This document shows, piece after piece, positions 39,401 to 54,400 of a stretch of 64,000 nucleotides of DNA. The notes below the pieces were generated by a model. It saw only the letters and a program-made list of their open reading frames with translations, did no database searches and was not told the DNA's origin. This DNA comes from Magallana gigas (Eukaryota): assembly GCF_963853765.1 (NCBI RefSeq), contig NC_088854.1:13330001-13394000 (forward strand), in the 5' to 3' direction. Every line of letters starts with the position of its first letter. Position 1 is the first letter of the stretch. A program made the position numbers and the translations under genes.

Positions 39401-42400
39401 AATGCACCTGATGGGCTTGAATGCTGAATCTGAGCCAAAGGTTTCGGATGCTGGATGAGGTTTAGTTTTTAAGAACAGGTCACATGTTTTATAGATGATA
39501 GCTTGCATAGTTGATTTAACTTTATTATAAATTAAACGCAGAAGTTGCTTCAGATGCAGAGCCTGATCTCCATTATCAAGGATGCTAAAGAAATCTACTA
39601 CCTCACTCAAACCTGCTCAATAGATAGATGTGTTTGTTGATAAATGATATAACATGATTCCTATGATATAGTATTGTATGATATGAAACAATATTGTTTG
39701 ATTTGATACAATATGATATCATATGTTTTATTATAAAAAGTTATACGATACGATATGATATTGTATCATTTTTTTTGATATTTTATGATATGATATTGAG
39801 ATGTATAGTATTGTATATTATGATACAATGTTGTATAATATTATATTGTATTTTTAATTTATTATTTTATCACATGATACAATTACATAAGATATTGCAA
39901 AATATTATATTGTATCCTATGATTCAATATTGCATATTCTATAATATTGTATCATACAACATTGTATAATATGATATTGGTTTCTGTAATATAGAATTAT
40001 ATCATATGAAATTGTATTATATGATATTGTAATATTATATAATATTGTATCATACGATATTGTATGAAATGATATTGGTTTATATGATATATTATCATAT
40101 CACATGAAATTGTATTATATTATATTGTAATATATATTATTGTGTCATATGATACAATATGCATAATATAATAATGTATTTTATAATATTTTACTTTATC
40201 ACATAATATTGTATCATTTGATAAGATACAATGTTGGAATCAAATTATATTGTATTATATGATATAATATCATATTATTTATCAAATATGTTTCAGTGTC
40301 AAACAATACAATATTATACTATATTATACAATATAATATTATGTTTCAATGTTATGATGTATTATGTAATATGATATTGTAATATAATACTATATTGTAT
40401 TATTTTTTATGATATTGTATTATGTGATCAAATACAATAAGGTATAACACAATACAATGTCATATCATGCGTTACAATATCATATCTCATTATTGTTTAT
40501 TACGGTATTTAATTGTATTATATGATGTATATTATAAATATGACATGATGCAATGTTTAATTTTATATCATTGTATTGATTAACATATGAACATATGATT
40601 ATCATAAAAAAATTTATCAGATGATATACGATATTTTGTCAAAACAGAATCCATAAATATCCAAGATCATAAAGTATGATTTTCATATAAAATGATAAAG
40701 GTGGTCTTATGAAGGTGATGTCTCATAAGGGTCATGCTCCGTCTCGGTGAGCTTAGTAATCTATGATTACCTATGTTTCATTTCTAAATAGGGCCATTTG
40801 GAAGAAGTGCAAGTCTACCTGGGAATTCTTTCAATCCCTTGTTTTCAAGTAAATATGCATTTTATACTTAGTTTCTGTCTCAAAGATCAAAGACGGCTTA
40901 TTTTTAGTGATAATATTTGGTTAAATGAAATATTAAAAGTAAACACTATATCATCACAAGTCAGGATTTCAAAGATGCTCAATTAATAATTCCTGCTTTT
41001 ACTCAAAGGATCAGTCATTCCTAGTTTTGGAAATCCCAGCATTCCACAGTTTGGCGGGGGCTTTGGATCAAGTTTTGAGAGCACCCCTATGCATAGAGAC
41101 CTCAGTAAAGTCTCCACCATGCCAGGCAATCTCTCGGCCTCCCCTGGGTTTCTGTCTCCCTCCAGAATGGACATTTCTGCCCAGACAGCATCGCCAGCCT
41201 CCACTACTAGGTCCCCAGCTTCTGGGTCCCCCAAGTCATCACGAAGGGAAGTGACCCACCCCCTCCCTGCGGAACTACAGGGTGTGTCTGTGAAGGAGTT
41301 GGTCAAAGCTTTAGGTAAGTGTGTTAGGTATACGGCAGCTCACACCTGTTTCAATCTTTCTTGGTCCATTTTGTCATGTTCCTGGATTTCATGAGTACCA
41401 GCACAAGTTTGGAAAGATCTGCCAATAAAAGATTTCTTGCATATAGTCAATTTTCTTAAACTTACTTTTAAAAGCAATTAAGAGACAATTGAAATAAATT
41501 TGTTCAATAAATACAATGTAGTGTGACTGTTAAGTCGTGTTTTACACACACTAGAAGCACACTAGTAAATAAGAATTACCCCCTCCCCTTTACACATGAC
41601 CTTGTAACCCTCCACACAATGTGTTAATGCCGCCCCCTCATCCCCCACAAAGACCCCCCACTGACTACCCCTAATTATTGTCTGATGCTGTTTCTTTTGA
41701 GTGTGTGGCTGTCGGGATGTGTCTTACCTGGCCTATATGTTCGGTGAGTGGTTGGATGTTGTCTCACTGTTAGAGTTGTCAGTCTGTCATCATTATATTT
41801 GGACATCATTTATATCAGTTTTCTTTATTTATGTCGAATTTCACATCACAGCCAAGATGGTTACAGAATTCTGAGAGATGGTGCAGCTTTACTTGTTTTT
41901 CCAATGCTGCTGTAAATCTGAATTTATTTATTCATGATTTTTATGCAACCGAGATAAAACATTTGCAAGCCAAAAGTTTTGTTTGTTTCCTTTATATGAC
42001 TACAGAAGTTTATTACTGGTACATTTGTATAAATGTCTGTCAAATATAGATACATGTATTTATCAAAAGACATATAAGTGTAAAAACTGTTTACACAAAA
42101 ATCTCCCACTCGCAACAGTTGTGTGTTCTCTAAGAATTCACTTTATAGGAAAAAAATATATATGTATGTATAAGTGTTTATTTGTGTTTGATTTTTTTTT
42201 GGAGGATTTTTTTTAATTTGGAAGCAAATATTTTGTTTGTGAAAAGCAGATTCCCTCATTATTTGCATGTCATCATTTGTATGTGTATTGTAATGTGAGT
42301 TCACTTCTTCACAAAGAGAGATTGAAACAGTTTCATTCTGATCAAGTTTGAACCATATTATCCTGTTCTCCATACAGTTTACTATTGAACGGTGTGTGTG

Positions 42401-45400
42401 GTTTCAGGGGAAAGCAGAGCCAATGGCAATGGACCGACCCCTGTACCCTCCCCACCAGGTACCCCCAAGAAATCAGGGTCACGAAGTTCTAGTCCTCACC
42501 TGGCCATTACAGAAAAACAAGGTAGGGAAATAATGCCTATTGACCATGATATCTAGTAGCATCTTTTAATGAAACTAACTGGATTTTATTACTTATAATG
42601 ATGATCGGCAGCATAAATAAAATGTTTGATTTAAAACGATAATCAGTTGTTAGAACAGTATTGGTCTAATTACCAATTCTTGCTAATTACCATTTCTTGT
42701 CAGTGCATTGTTAAATGCATGTCACTTTATTAACACATAAAATTATACATTTATATGATATAAAGATGTAACAGTGCAATGGCAAGAAACAATACATGGT
42801 GAGATTTGGTCTTAGACCAGTACATGTATATGCAATTGAGTGCAATGTGTGTAAATCTTTTCAAAAGGGGAGGAAGAAGACAAACATTCAGCTATTGTTT
42901 AATTACAGGTTCACCCAGAACGGGCTCTCCTGTGGGTAGATTGAGCCCCCGACAAACCCGGGCGGTCAGCTTGACTGACTCCCCTTCCTACAACTCCATC
43001 AAGGACGATCTGTTTTCCACGCCCCCTGACAGCCCGATCAACGCAACCTCTAAGAGAATGACGCTAAAGAAGGACATCTCCGGCGACAGACCCACCCACT
43101 CCCCGCCCACTTCTCCGTCAATCAAACATAAACAGATGGATGTTAACAAGATTGTCCCACCTTCTGGGCAGGGTATTTTAAGTCCAGCGAGAAGAGATAG
43201 TTTCGGTGGGGCTGTATCACCAGTCAGAAGTACTAGGTGAAGTATTATTTTTTTTTTAAAGCTTTATTTTAAATGTATAAGTTCTTCAAGCATTTTAAGT
43301 AACTTTTCTTCTTTTGTTTCATTCAGTCCACAAAGAAGAGCATCTAGTCCACTACTCAGCAGTCAGTCGAGAGCATCACCGGTCAATGCTGGTTCCAGGG
43401 CTTCACCCCTCAGTGCTAACGCCAGATCCTCACCAGTCAACGCTGGGGCAAGGGCCTCCCCAGGAACGGGGGGCTCTCCCATCCCAGCCTTTAGTATTGG
43501 TTCCTCCTCACCCAAAGAAGAGTCCAGGTAATACATGTAATGTTCAATGTACCTGATATTGTTTTTATACCCAGTAATTAGTTTTTGTGTTTAAAGTATT
43601 CATGTGATATATTTTCTGGCATTGTAAATTGTGTTTATATTTTCCAAATTTACTTAGGATGTCTCCTAAGTCCATGAGGAAAGACAGAGGAAGAACTTTA
43701 AGGTCAAAAAGGTCAGATTCACCATCCTCTAGAGAAAGCATTCCAATAATTCGAAGTCGCTCTGCTTCGACATCTGTGATCTACGACAAGAAAGAACCTG
43801 TCAAAGAGGCCTTGTCCCCGTCTGTAGCAGAATGTCTGAGGGCGGTATTCGCTGCTTTCTTGTGGCATGAGGGAATTGTTCATGATGCTATGGCATGTGC
43901 CTCATTCCTGAAATTTCATCCAGACCTGCAGAAGGAGATGTCTAAGTTTGCCAACAGAGCCAAACCAGAAAAGGTTCGAGTCAGGCATGCTACAGACTCC
44001 AGTAAAGATATTAACAGGAAGAAGGAGAATATCAATATAAATGAGTCAAGGGTCAGATTCAAGCTGGAACCAAGATTTGTGAGAAGTGATTCAGAAAAGT
44101 CGGATAAATCAGACAAGTCTGACAAAGACGAACAGGTCAAAGGGGCAGAGAAGGTCGAGATTCAGCGAACCATGTCCGATGGACGGAAGATCATTGAAGC
44201 ACGACAGAAGAAGGTGATGAGACACAAGTCGGATGGTAATGTTGGACCTTTCAAGGAAGGCATTGAGGCTGATAAAGACTCGCCCCTGCCACCTACTCTG
44301 CATCATCTTGTGTACTTCTGGGAAGAAATGTCTTCTGGTGTTCTAAAAGTGATAGATCAAAAACAAGGTACAGTATTTAGGCCAGATTTGTATCCTTATT
44401 AAGTCTCCCCTTTCAAAGGGGAGACATATTGTTTTTGTCGACTTTCTTATTCTTCTTCTTCTTATTCTTCTTATTCTTCTTCATCCAAATTTGTCCAAGC
44501 CGTAACTTAAATACCCTTTGACATTAAGACTTCAAACTTAAAACATAGGTAGATGGTATTGAGAAGGAGTGCACGCCACCAAAATTTTTGACCTTGACCT
44601 ATTTTCTTTTTCAAGGTCAAGCGTTTTATAAAAAATAGAGTTTGGACTATAACACAATATTCCTTAAACATACAAACTTTTAACTTGTATCATAGATAGA
44701 TGGTATATAGTCCAGTTGAACCTTACCAAAATTTTTGACCTTGACCTTAAAACTTTATTTCAAGGTCAAATCAGAAAAAACTTCATTGTTCACCTCCTAA
44801 ATATTCTTTGACAGAAGGACTTCAAACTTTACACAAAGAACAATTATAATACACTGAGGTGTACTATTGATAAATATTTGACCTTGACCTTGTTTTACTC
44901 AAGGTCAACTTGAGAAAAAATAATTAAATTTTGTCTGGGTGATAACTTAGATACCTTTTGACATTAAGACTTCAAACTTGGAACATAGGTAGATGGTATT
45001 AAGAAAAAGTGCAGGCTATCAAAATTTTTGACCTTGACCTATTATCTTCTTCAAGGTCAAGCGTTTTATAAAAAATATAGTCCGGACCATAACACAAGAC
45101 TCCTTAATCATACAATCTTTTAACTTGTATCATACATAGATGGTATATAGTCCAGTTCAACCTTACCAAAATTTTTGACCTTGACCTAAAAATTATATTT
45201 CAAGGTCAAATTAGAAAAAACTTTATTGTTCACCTCCTAAATATTCTTTGACAGAAGGACTTCAAACTTTACACAAAGAACAATTAGAATACACTGGGGT
45301 GTACAATTGATAAATATTTGACCTTGACCTTGTTTTACTCAAGGTCAACTTGGGAAAATAATTAAATTTTGTCTGGGTGATAACTTAGATACCTTTTGAC

Positions 45401-48400
45401 ATTAAGACTTCAAACTTGGAACGTAGGTAGATGGTATTAAGAACAAGTGCACGCCATCAAAATTTTTGACCTTGACTTATTATCTTTTTCAAGGTCAAGC
45501 GTTTTATAAAATATATAGTCCGGACCATAACACAAGACTCCTTAATCATACAATCTTTTAACTTGTATCATACATAGATGGTATATAGTCCAGTTCAACC
45601 TTACCAAAATTTTTGACCTTGACCTAAAAATTATATTTCAAGGTCAAATTAGAAAAAACTTCATTGTTCACCTCCTAAATATTCTTTGACAGAAGGACTT
45701 CAAACTTTACACAAAGATTAATTATAATACACTGAGGTGTACTATTGATTAATATTTGACCTTGACCTTGTTTTACTCAAGGTCAAATTAAAAATAATTA
45801 AATTTTGTCTGGGTGGTAACTTGGATAGCTTTTGACATTAAGGCTTCAAACTTGGAACATAGGTAGATGGTATTGAGAAGGAGTGCACGCCTCCATAATT
45901 TTTGACCTTGACCAATCTTGTGTCTCAAGTTAATTCATTTTCTAAACTGTATCATATATGGATGATATCTAACATATAGCTGACTTCATTCTTTTTCACT
46001 TATTTAATTTGCCCCATATTACAATCCTTTGGGAGAAGGGGAGACATGTGTTTTTTTGTATAAAAAAACAATACCCACTAGTTTTTACCTTGTATTCTAT
46101 GAATATTTTTGAAGTTGTGTCAAAGAAGATATTTGTAAGAATTGAGTGTGTTGTACATATATATGTATGTAGTTTAACTTTATTTTATTGCAGTTAATCC
46201 TAGTCCTGCTGTAATGCTCAAGGCCAAAAAGAGTGAAAAGAGAGAGAAAGAAAAAGAGAAAGACAAGAAAGTTAGTCGTAAGAAGAAGGATGAGATAAAA
46301 CATATATGGCGGGGAAATGCCATGGGAGACATGATGATTGGTGCGCTGGGAGGAAGAGATGGACCAGACAGAGGGGAGACTCAGTGTGAGTTGTGTGGGG
46401 GCATGTTCCCTCATCCTGTCACCTACCACATGAGACAGGCCCACCCTGGCTGTGGGCGACATGCTGGGGGTAAGGGCTACAACAGCAGTGGGATCTTCTG
46501 TGGGGGCTGGGCAGGAAACTGTGGGGAGGGGGGACTAGGAGGAAGCAGTTGGTACCTCATCTGTGAGAAGTGTAGAGAGAAGTGCTTAAAAGAAAAAAGA
46601 CACTCACAAAGAGAAAAAGATAAAGCTAAGAAACAGAAGAAAAAGTCTTCACAAATCCGCCAGCAGGCTGTCTTGTATACTCAGGAGTCACATGCTGTGC
46701 TGAAGAGTAACGCTATGTTCCTATTGGATCTTGCCAGTGCATCTGGATTGACTCTTCCCACACAGTCCAAGAAGATTCCTCAGAGAAACTCAGATCTTTT
46801 ACTGCCCAGTGTCAGTGAGGAGTACGGAATGGAGCTGAATCCTTTCCCACCCGTACCTTTCCAGTTTCTTGTGCTACAAGGTGGTCAAAATGCAGATTCT
46901 GCCTTTGCAGAGGAAGTTTACATTGATGCCGATGAGAGGGTGTTTGTTAGATCAGGCTCCATGAGCATCAAGGAGCGCCACCCTTCCTACAGACCCCGTC
47001 TACCAACTGAACCCAGGCACAGTCCACTAGCAAGGTCAGGGTCACTGGGGCAGGACTCAAGGTCACATATATCTTCCCACATCTCACCACCTAGTCCAAG
47101 GGTAAGTGTTTGTTTTGTAAAGTTGTTGATTTACAGCAAGCATAAGATGATACAATGTTAAGTTCACAAGCTATGAACTACTTTTAGGCAGTGTAATGTT
47201 TATCTGTAAATCAGTGTTTTAAAGGAATTACTGAATTTACAGGATTTTAATGTTGAGAATGCCAACCATGAAACCAAACAGATCCCCAAGAGCGCTGGAA
47301 CAAGCCCTGACTCCAGTGATGAGCTGTTTGGGAAGAGTCGTCCCTTCCAGAGGAGTCTGTCGGAGATCGGGACAGAGGACAACAAAGACCAAGATAACGA
47401 CAAAAAGCTAGTGTCTGGTCGCCGCAGAAATAACAGTGGAGGGGTAGGAGGTAGGTGGCACCCCTCTACCCACCCCTTGTAACCACAAAGAAATGTCCTA
47501 TTAAATGTTCATAAAATTATCAAGGGATGCTAACATCACAATTATTTATTTGTCCTTCTGTGTGTGTTTTGTAATGTCTTATGAACTGTTCACAGAATTA
47601 TCAAGGGATGCCAATAATTATTAAAGTGAATTGATTTCCTTATTTGTTGATATTTTGTAGATGGTGGAATGTCTCTGCTGAAGCACCCGTCTGCTGCCAT
47701 GGAGAAGCTGCTACACACGGTGGATAGACGGTGTCCTGAGGACGATGAGCGGGCTCTCCAGCGGCCGGTCATGTCCTTCATCATACAGAGGCACGATCTT
47801 GAAGGTCTACAGCTTGCCATGAAGCAGGCCCTCAGGAAAGCCGCCTGTAGGGTGTTCGCAATGCAGGTCAGTGTGCTATCATGATATGTATCAAATATTA
47901 TGAATACTGGGTACTAATAATTTATATATAATTCAGTCATATTTTTCTGTTTTTAACTCTTTTAATCTTATTTCTAATCTTTAATTTGGCCTAAATATAT
48001 GTTCTAATTACTTTACTGGTAAGACTAGTTTTACATATCTAGCAAAATGTATGTACAGATTATGCCTATATTATCCTGTATGGCATGAATTGATTTGCCC
48101 ATTATATATCCTATATAGCTTTAGTTATGACTTGATTTGATATTTGCTAGGCTTTGAACTGGCTGTTGAGGAGCATCACTCAGACTGTGTGTCTCCACGA
48201 CCTGCTGTGGTTCTTTGTGTCCTCACTGATGCCCCCTGGAGGAGAAGAAGAGGAGCAGGAAGAGGAGGAGGAGGACAAAGACAAGGAGAAGAAGAAGAAG
48301 GAGGCCCCCAAAAAGGACCATGAGGTACAGAGAGGGCTTGCTGGCAATTACGATAACTATTTAACAAAATAGGTCCCCAAGCATGCAGGAATAAACCATG

Positions 48401-51400
48401 ACTAGTCTAGTGATTTATCATTTAGGAATTTCTATGTATAATGATAGAGTAGTGCTCCTTATTTTAATAATGCCTTAGATTTCGAGAAGAATTTTATTTA
48501 TTGTACAAACGTAACTTTTGCTGACTCCAATGGTTTTTCCAATAGGACGTTCCGCTGTGTGACCACCCCCTCTCTGACATCACCATCGCCGGCTCTGCTG
48601 TGGACCCCCTCCCTGAGGTGTTTCACACTCTTCTGCAGACCATAGCAGACGCCATGATGTTTCTGCCATGGGGCTCTGCTTTACAGGTAGATTAATTTGA
48701 ATTTCAGAAAATCGCTGATGTTTATACATCCAAAACCTCACAAGTTTTAACCAAAAACATTTAGGCATATCAACTCTATTATACATGTAGTTTAATGAAA
48801 TGATTTTTTGTCTCCAGCAAATGGCAGTTCGTTGCTGGTGTTTGAAGTTCCAGTCGTCAGATCACCAGTTCCTACATGAGTGTCATGTGTTCAGTAACAT
48901 CAGTCGAATCCTCAGTAAGTCAGAGGAAGAGAGAGAAGAGAATGGCACTGAACATTCCCAGGTGAGAAAACATTGGCTTCACCCTCATTTATATACTGTA
49001 GTATTTTTTGTAAGTGCTCACCAGAATATATGTTTTTGTAAGTGCTTGCCAAAATGGGTTTTCTACAACTAATTTTACCTCATAAAGGAAAAAAAGTGCA
49101 GTTTTTAGTTTAAATATCAAATAGTCTATTTCTTTTTTTTTTTTAAATCAATTTAAATGATATTTCGAATAGATTATAATTGTTTACAATTTACTGTAGA
49201 TGCTGGGTATTTTACCCTGCTATATTTTTTTTGTTGCAGTCGTCTGTCAAGTTATCTCAGCTGAAAGATCTCACCCCATCCTCTGATATTTCTGTCTCGA
49301 GCCGCCAGGCCATGATAGCGAGTCTGACGGACAATTCTACAGAGACGTTCTGGGAGAGTGGGGATGAGGACAGAAATAGATCCAAGTTTCTGACCATTAA
49401 ATGCCACGTCAAAGCTTCTGCCAGGATACTCTATGTCCATATCGACAATGCCAGGGACTTGGGGGTCAGTCAATTCACTTTATCTTAATTCAGATTTGTT
49501 CTCTTCATCAAAAAGGACAAAGTCAAAGAGAGTGTCCATGAAAAGTTGAGGCAATGGCTGTAATGTTAGTGACATGTTAGTTCCCACTAAATTTTGTGAA
49601 CCTTGCTTTTATTTTATCATCATATATTAGTATTCCTGTTATTTTATTAATGTACTTTTTATTCACAGAGCAAAGTAGGAAGTGTTAGCTTTTCGGTTGG
49701 ACCATCACAAGATGAGTTAACAAAAGTTCATCAGGTCAGTTTAATACCAAGTACATGTTCATGTAGATGATATCAAATTAAGTGTTTGATATACGTGTAC
49801 TAGTTAATGATATTTCAGAGGTCTATTGTGTTTTAAGTAAGTAAATGGTTATAGATTTGATTGTTTGAGTTTATTGGTGGTGTTATTGGTTGTATTAGTT
49901 AACTGGCCTGAACTTCAGTCTGTGTGATCCACATTACAGGTGGATGTGGAGGCTCGTTACGTGGGGTGGTTGTCCTGTCAATTTTCTCACCCACACATTC
50001 GCGTCATACAGCTGGAGATGAAGGGGCCAGACCACAGCCTTAGGGTCAGGCAGATCAAGATCCTGGGGGAGATGGAGGGCCAAGAGATCTGTGTCCCAGT
50101 CAAAAAGTCTGCGGTGGATATGCAGCAGGAGAACTGTGAATCAGAGACCCTCAGGGTCTTCAGAATGCTTACCTCACAGGTATGTTATCATTTGAAGACC
50201 ACCCTACCATTATAGAATACAGTTAAACACAGTTATAGCAAACACTATTATAATGAATTGACACCTACAGCGAAGTGATTTTCATTCTACATGACTTAAT
50301 TACACATTGTAAACTTGACGAATATAACGAAATACACTTATATAGAAGAAAAATTGCCCATCCTTGGCACTTTGTTATTTGCGTGTTTCACTGCAGTGAG
50401 TAAGAAATCCCCTACTAGTGAGTTATTTGTTTGACCAGGTGTTCGGAAAGCTGATCACGCCGGACGGGGTGGCAGGGAAGATGAAGTTTGTGGAGGGAGC
50501 GGGATTAGACAGCCTTGACGGGGACCACGACCTAAAGGAACACATGGTGGGGATACTGTTCAGTCGCAGCAAGCTCTCTCACCTCCAGAGACAGGTGTGT
50601 ACAAAAATTCGTTCAGTTGAGGGTCAGCAAGCTCGCACACCTTCATACAAAGGTGCATATACAACTCTTCAGTGATCTGTTGGTTATTTTTATCATTAAA
50701 GAATAGAAATAAAGACTCATTGAGGAAGATTTTTGTTTAAATTACATGCATGTTCATTTTACATTTTTAGGAATTTTCTAAACTTCTTTGAAAAGATAAC
50801 TTATTAATTGCTTTGTTTGTGTTGTCCTTGCCTAATATTTTAGTTTTTAGTTGTACATGTTCTTTAAATCTTGAGGGTTTCATCACTTGTCTTGCTTTCC
50901 TTAAGGTATGTTCCCACATTGTACAAGGCATCAGGAAGGAGTCCACCAAGATCAGAGAGGAGTGGGAAGCTAGCCTGATCAACCCCAACCATATAACACA
51001 AACCAGGTCAGTGCTTCACTATTCTTATATCTCAGGCTTATTATAAAACAGTCTTTACTAATTATGGCGATATGTACAACTGTTGGTTTGTCTGTCTTGT
51101 TGCAGTGATCAGGATGTGTACTGCTTTGAGCTGCTGTCAATGGTGCTGGCCCTCAGTGGTTCCAGTGTGGGTCGGGCCTACCTGGCTCAACAGTACCCCC
51201 TGCTACAGGACCTGTTCAGCTTGCTGCATACAGGCACACCCAGGGTCCAGAGACAGGTAAGAGAGATGATACATAATCACATCACAAATTACATTCTCTT
51301 TTAAACAAACTTTTCATCTAACCATCTGTTACTTTACAAATTGCATGCACTGTGTGCATGAATGTAGCTAGAATGATTTTCAAACATTTTGTTTTAAATC

Positions 51401-54400
51401 CCCCCTTCCATTTCATTAAAATCTAGATGGATTTCTCAATGTCAAAAATCTGTCTGATATTTTGGTTACAGTGACCTTCAATATCCTTATTTTTGTCAAA
51501 AAAATAAATTTTGTTAGTGTTGTTTGATCATGTTGAAATTTCGTTTACAAGGTAATTTCGGTTCTACGGCGAGTTCTCCAAGACGTGAAACCCCAGACCC
51601 TCTCTAACATCCTGTCCGTGCCTGCTCTGCCTCCTGTTGAGTACAGCATTGTGAGTCTGGCCAGTCGGGACGAGACTGCCTCCTTTGATCCTGAACAGCC
51701 TGGTCTTCTGGACGTTTTGCTATCATGCATCAGCAAGGCCCTCACAGTACAGACCAAGATTAAGATCAGCGGACCACAGAAAGCAATGACTGCTGTCAAA
51801 CTAGAGGACTTCCTTGGATCTACGTAAGTCTTCAGGAATTTAATTTAACATATTTATTCAAATTTGTTTTTTTAATAGAAAAATTTAGCACTTCATTAAT
51901 ATTCTTTTGTTATTTTAGAGCTTCAAAATCTCGCTGGTGGCTGAGAGGAAAAATTAATGAAAGTTTAGCAAACAATGTCATCACACTTATACAAGACATG
52001 GCCTCGGTAAGATAAATCATGATCTGTTGGTAATATTATTTCCCATGTGATTATCAAAGTACCAGGTATGTGATATAACTCTCACTCTATTGTACCCCAG
52101 GGTCAGTTGTCGGAGACATGGGCACCTGTCACCAAGGCAGCCATTGCTGAAGCTATTCTGAATCTCACCAAGTTGGGGGAGAAATACAGAGATCCTCAAG
52201 TTTGCCTCAAGACCCCAACTGTAAGTCTTATCCAAAGGGAGTACATCTAAAAATTTCTAAGGTTAAATGTCTCTCAGTTCAACTTTGAATTACATGTATT
52301 AGTACTCTCTGATGTTATCTTACTTAAAATTTGTGAAAAATAAGTTTCTGAATGTTGTGTAAGTATATATACCTGTAATTTTTCATCTCTTGGAGTGCTG
52401 TTTAGCTGTTGAAGGACTTTAAAGCAAATGCATGTACCTTTATGTTACAGCTGTGGTTGTGTCTGGCCTCCCTCTGTGTTCTGGACAAGGATCATGTGGA
52501 AAGACTGACGTCTGGTCAGTGGGTCAGCGGTCCAAACGGTCAGCACGGACAGCCAAGGGTAAGTAACTCAAACCTCCCAGGATAGTTACATCAATTCATT
52601 CTCTGCAGTGCATGTGCATGGTGGAACGGGTTCTGTAAACAGAACTGTTATTGGTGATCTTATTTTTACATTTGATTCATGGACCAATTGATTTTTGTGT
52701 AACAGCACAACAAAGTTTTGTTTTGTTTACAGCCGACCTGTGATAACCATGACGACGGGGAGACCCAGGCCATCATTCTGTGCAGTGACTGCGGGAACCT
52801 GTGTGCCGACTGTGACCGATTTCTCCACTTGCCCAGGAACAAACGCTCCCACCAGAGACAGGTACACACCTTATGTATAGTGACATCATGGACAAATTCT
52901 TAAGATCAATTCTATGTAAGAATCAAAATTTGGTGGCCACTCATAGTCACTGATTTTCTTCATACTTAATAATTTGATAGACTTTGGTGAGTAAAAAAGC
53001 CTAACAAGTTAAATAACAGTCAGTTTATGTTTGACAGTGTTTATGTCTGACAGTTTTCATTTCTGTGTATATCTGACAGTGTCTATGTCAGTGTATATGC
53101 CTGACAGTGTTAATGATTAACAGTGTTTATTAAATCAAAATATGATCACATTGCAAGTGTAACTTCAAGTTAGAATAGTAGATTTTTACTGTTTGCTTAA
53201 AATGTCTTTATTTTGTCTTATGTCTTGATTTTCCCTAAAAAAGGTAATGAATATATAGCATATAAAAGTCTGCCTTATTTTGATGAAATTTAAGAACTGT
53301 GAAGTAGACCTTTGTTTTGTGTCTGTCACCGATTGTTACATTTGCTGGCTGTAGGTGTTTAAGGAGGAGGAAGAGGCCATCAAGGTGGACCTACATGAGG
53401 GCTGTGGCCGGACCAAGCTCTTCTGGGTGATGGCTCTGGCCGACTCCAAGGCTCTCAAAGCCATGGTTGAGTTCAGAGAAGGTACTGTCTGATTTGGTTA
53501 AGTATTGTCAGAATACAACAATGGGATTGAAAAGATAGATATATTTGCAAAAACATTTGTTCATTTGAAATGTTAAACAATTCTTCTTGATTCTTCCATT
53601 GCAAACATATAACGGTACATTTGAACACGCCTCTTGTTTGTATTATTAAATGGTTTAGCTATGCGTTTATGTTTCAATTCTGTCTGATCTCTGAGATTCG
53701 GTCTCCCTTACAGGGAAATCTACAGCCGCTACCTCAGGCCCTGGCAGGTGTCGCTTCTGTGGAACCACAGGAAAGACTGGCGTGCTAGCCATCGGCAATG
53801 TTTGCTCGGACCCAGATTGTCAGGTAAAAGGGGACTCATGTTGAAAGAGGCTTTACTGTTTTGTTACGTAGGCACAGAGTTGAGTTATTCCCCTTTGCAA
53901 ATTTTGAAATGAAAATATCTGCCTGAGGCATTATGATTGGAAATTTTTGGCTCTAGTACCAATACATTTATAATTTTGGGCCTTAACACAATCACCAGGT
54001 ACTAAGTGCAACAATTCTTATTCACTGGTTCATCTTTTTTTAGGAGCATGCCCAGAATGCCTGTCAGAAAGTCCTTGCTTGTGGACACCAGTGTGGGGGG
54101 ATTGTTAATGAAGAGGAGTGTCTGCCCTGTCTCCACAACTGCCCGCCGTACCAGGGCAAACTAAAACAGGACGCCGATGACATGTGTATGATCTGCTTCA
54201 CCGAGGCTCTCTCTGCAGCCCCTGCTATCCAGGTTTGTGTCTAACATTAAATTTTATGAATCTTAAACATTTGCATACCAGATTTATTTTGTTTTAATTC
54301 AATCGATTAAAACTAATTCTTTTATCTTTCCAGCTACATTGTAAGCATGTTTTCCACCTTCACTGCTCCAGAAATATATTGGAGAAAGGATGGGTGGGTC

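Noticed and set aside
39185-39969. ORFs of 141, 64 and 91 aa in MYCBP2 intron 54
   Set aside because: They lie in HINE tandem repeats and AT-rich satellite, with no transposase or helicase motifs.
47500-47625. Local duplication AATTATCAAGGGATGC (also small duplications near 13625/13671 and 20120)
   Set aside because: Short slippage-type duplications in introns with no sign of function.
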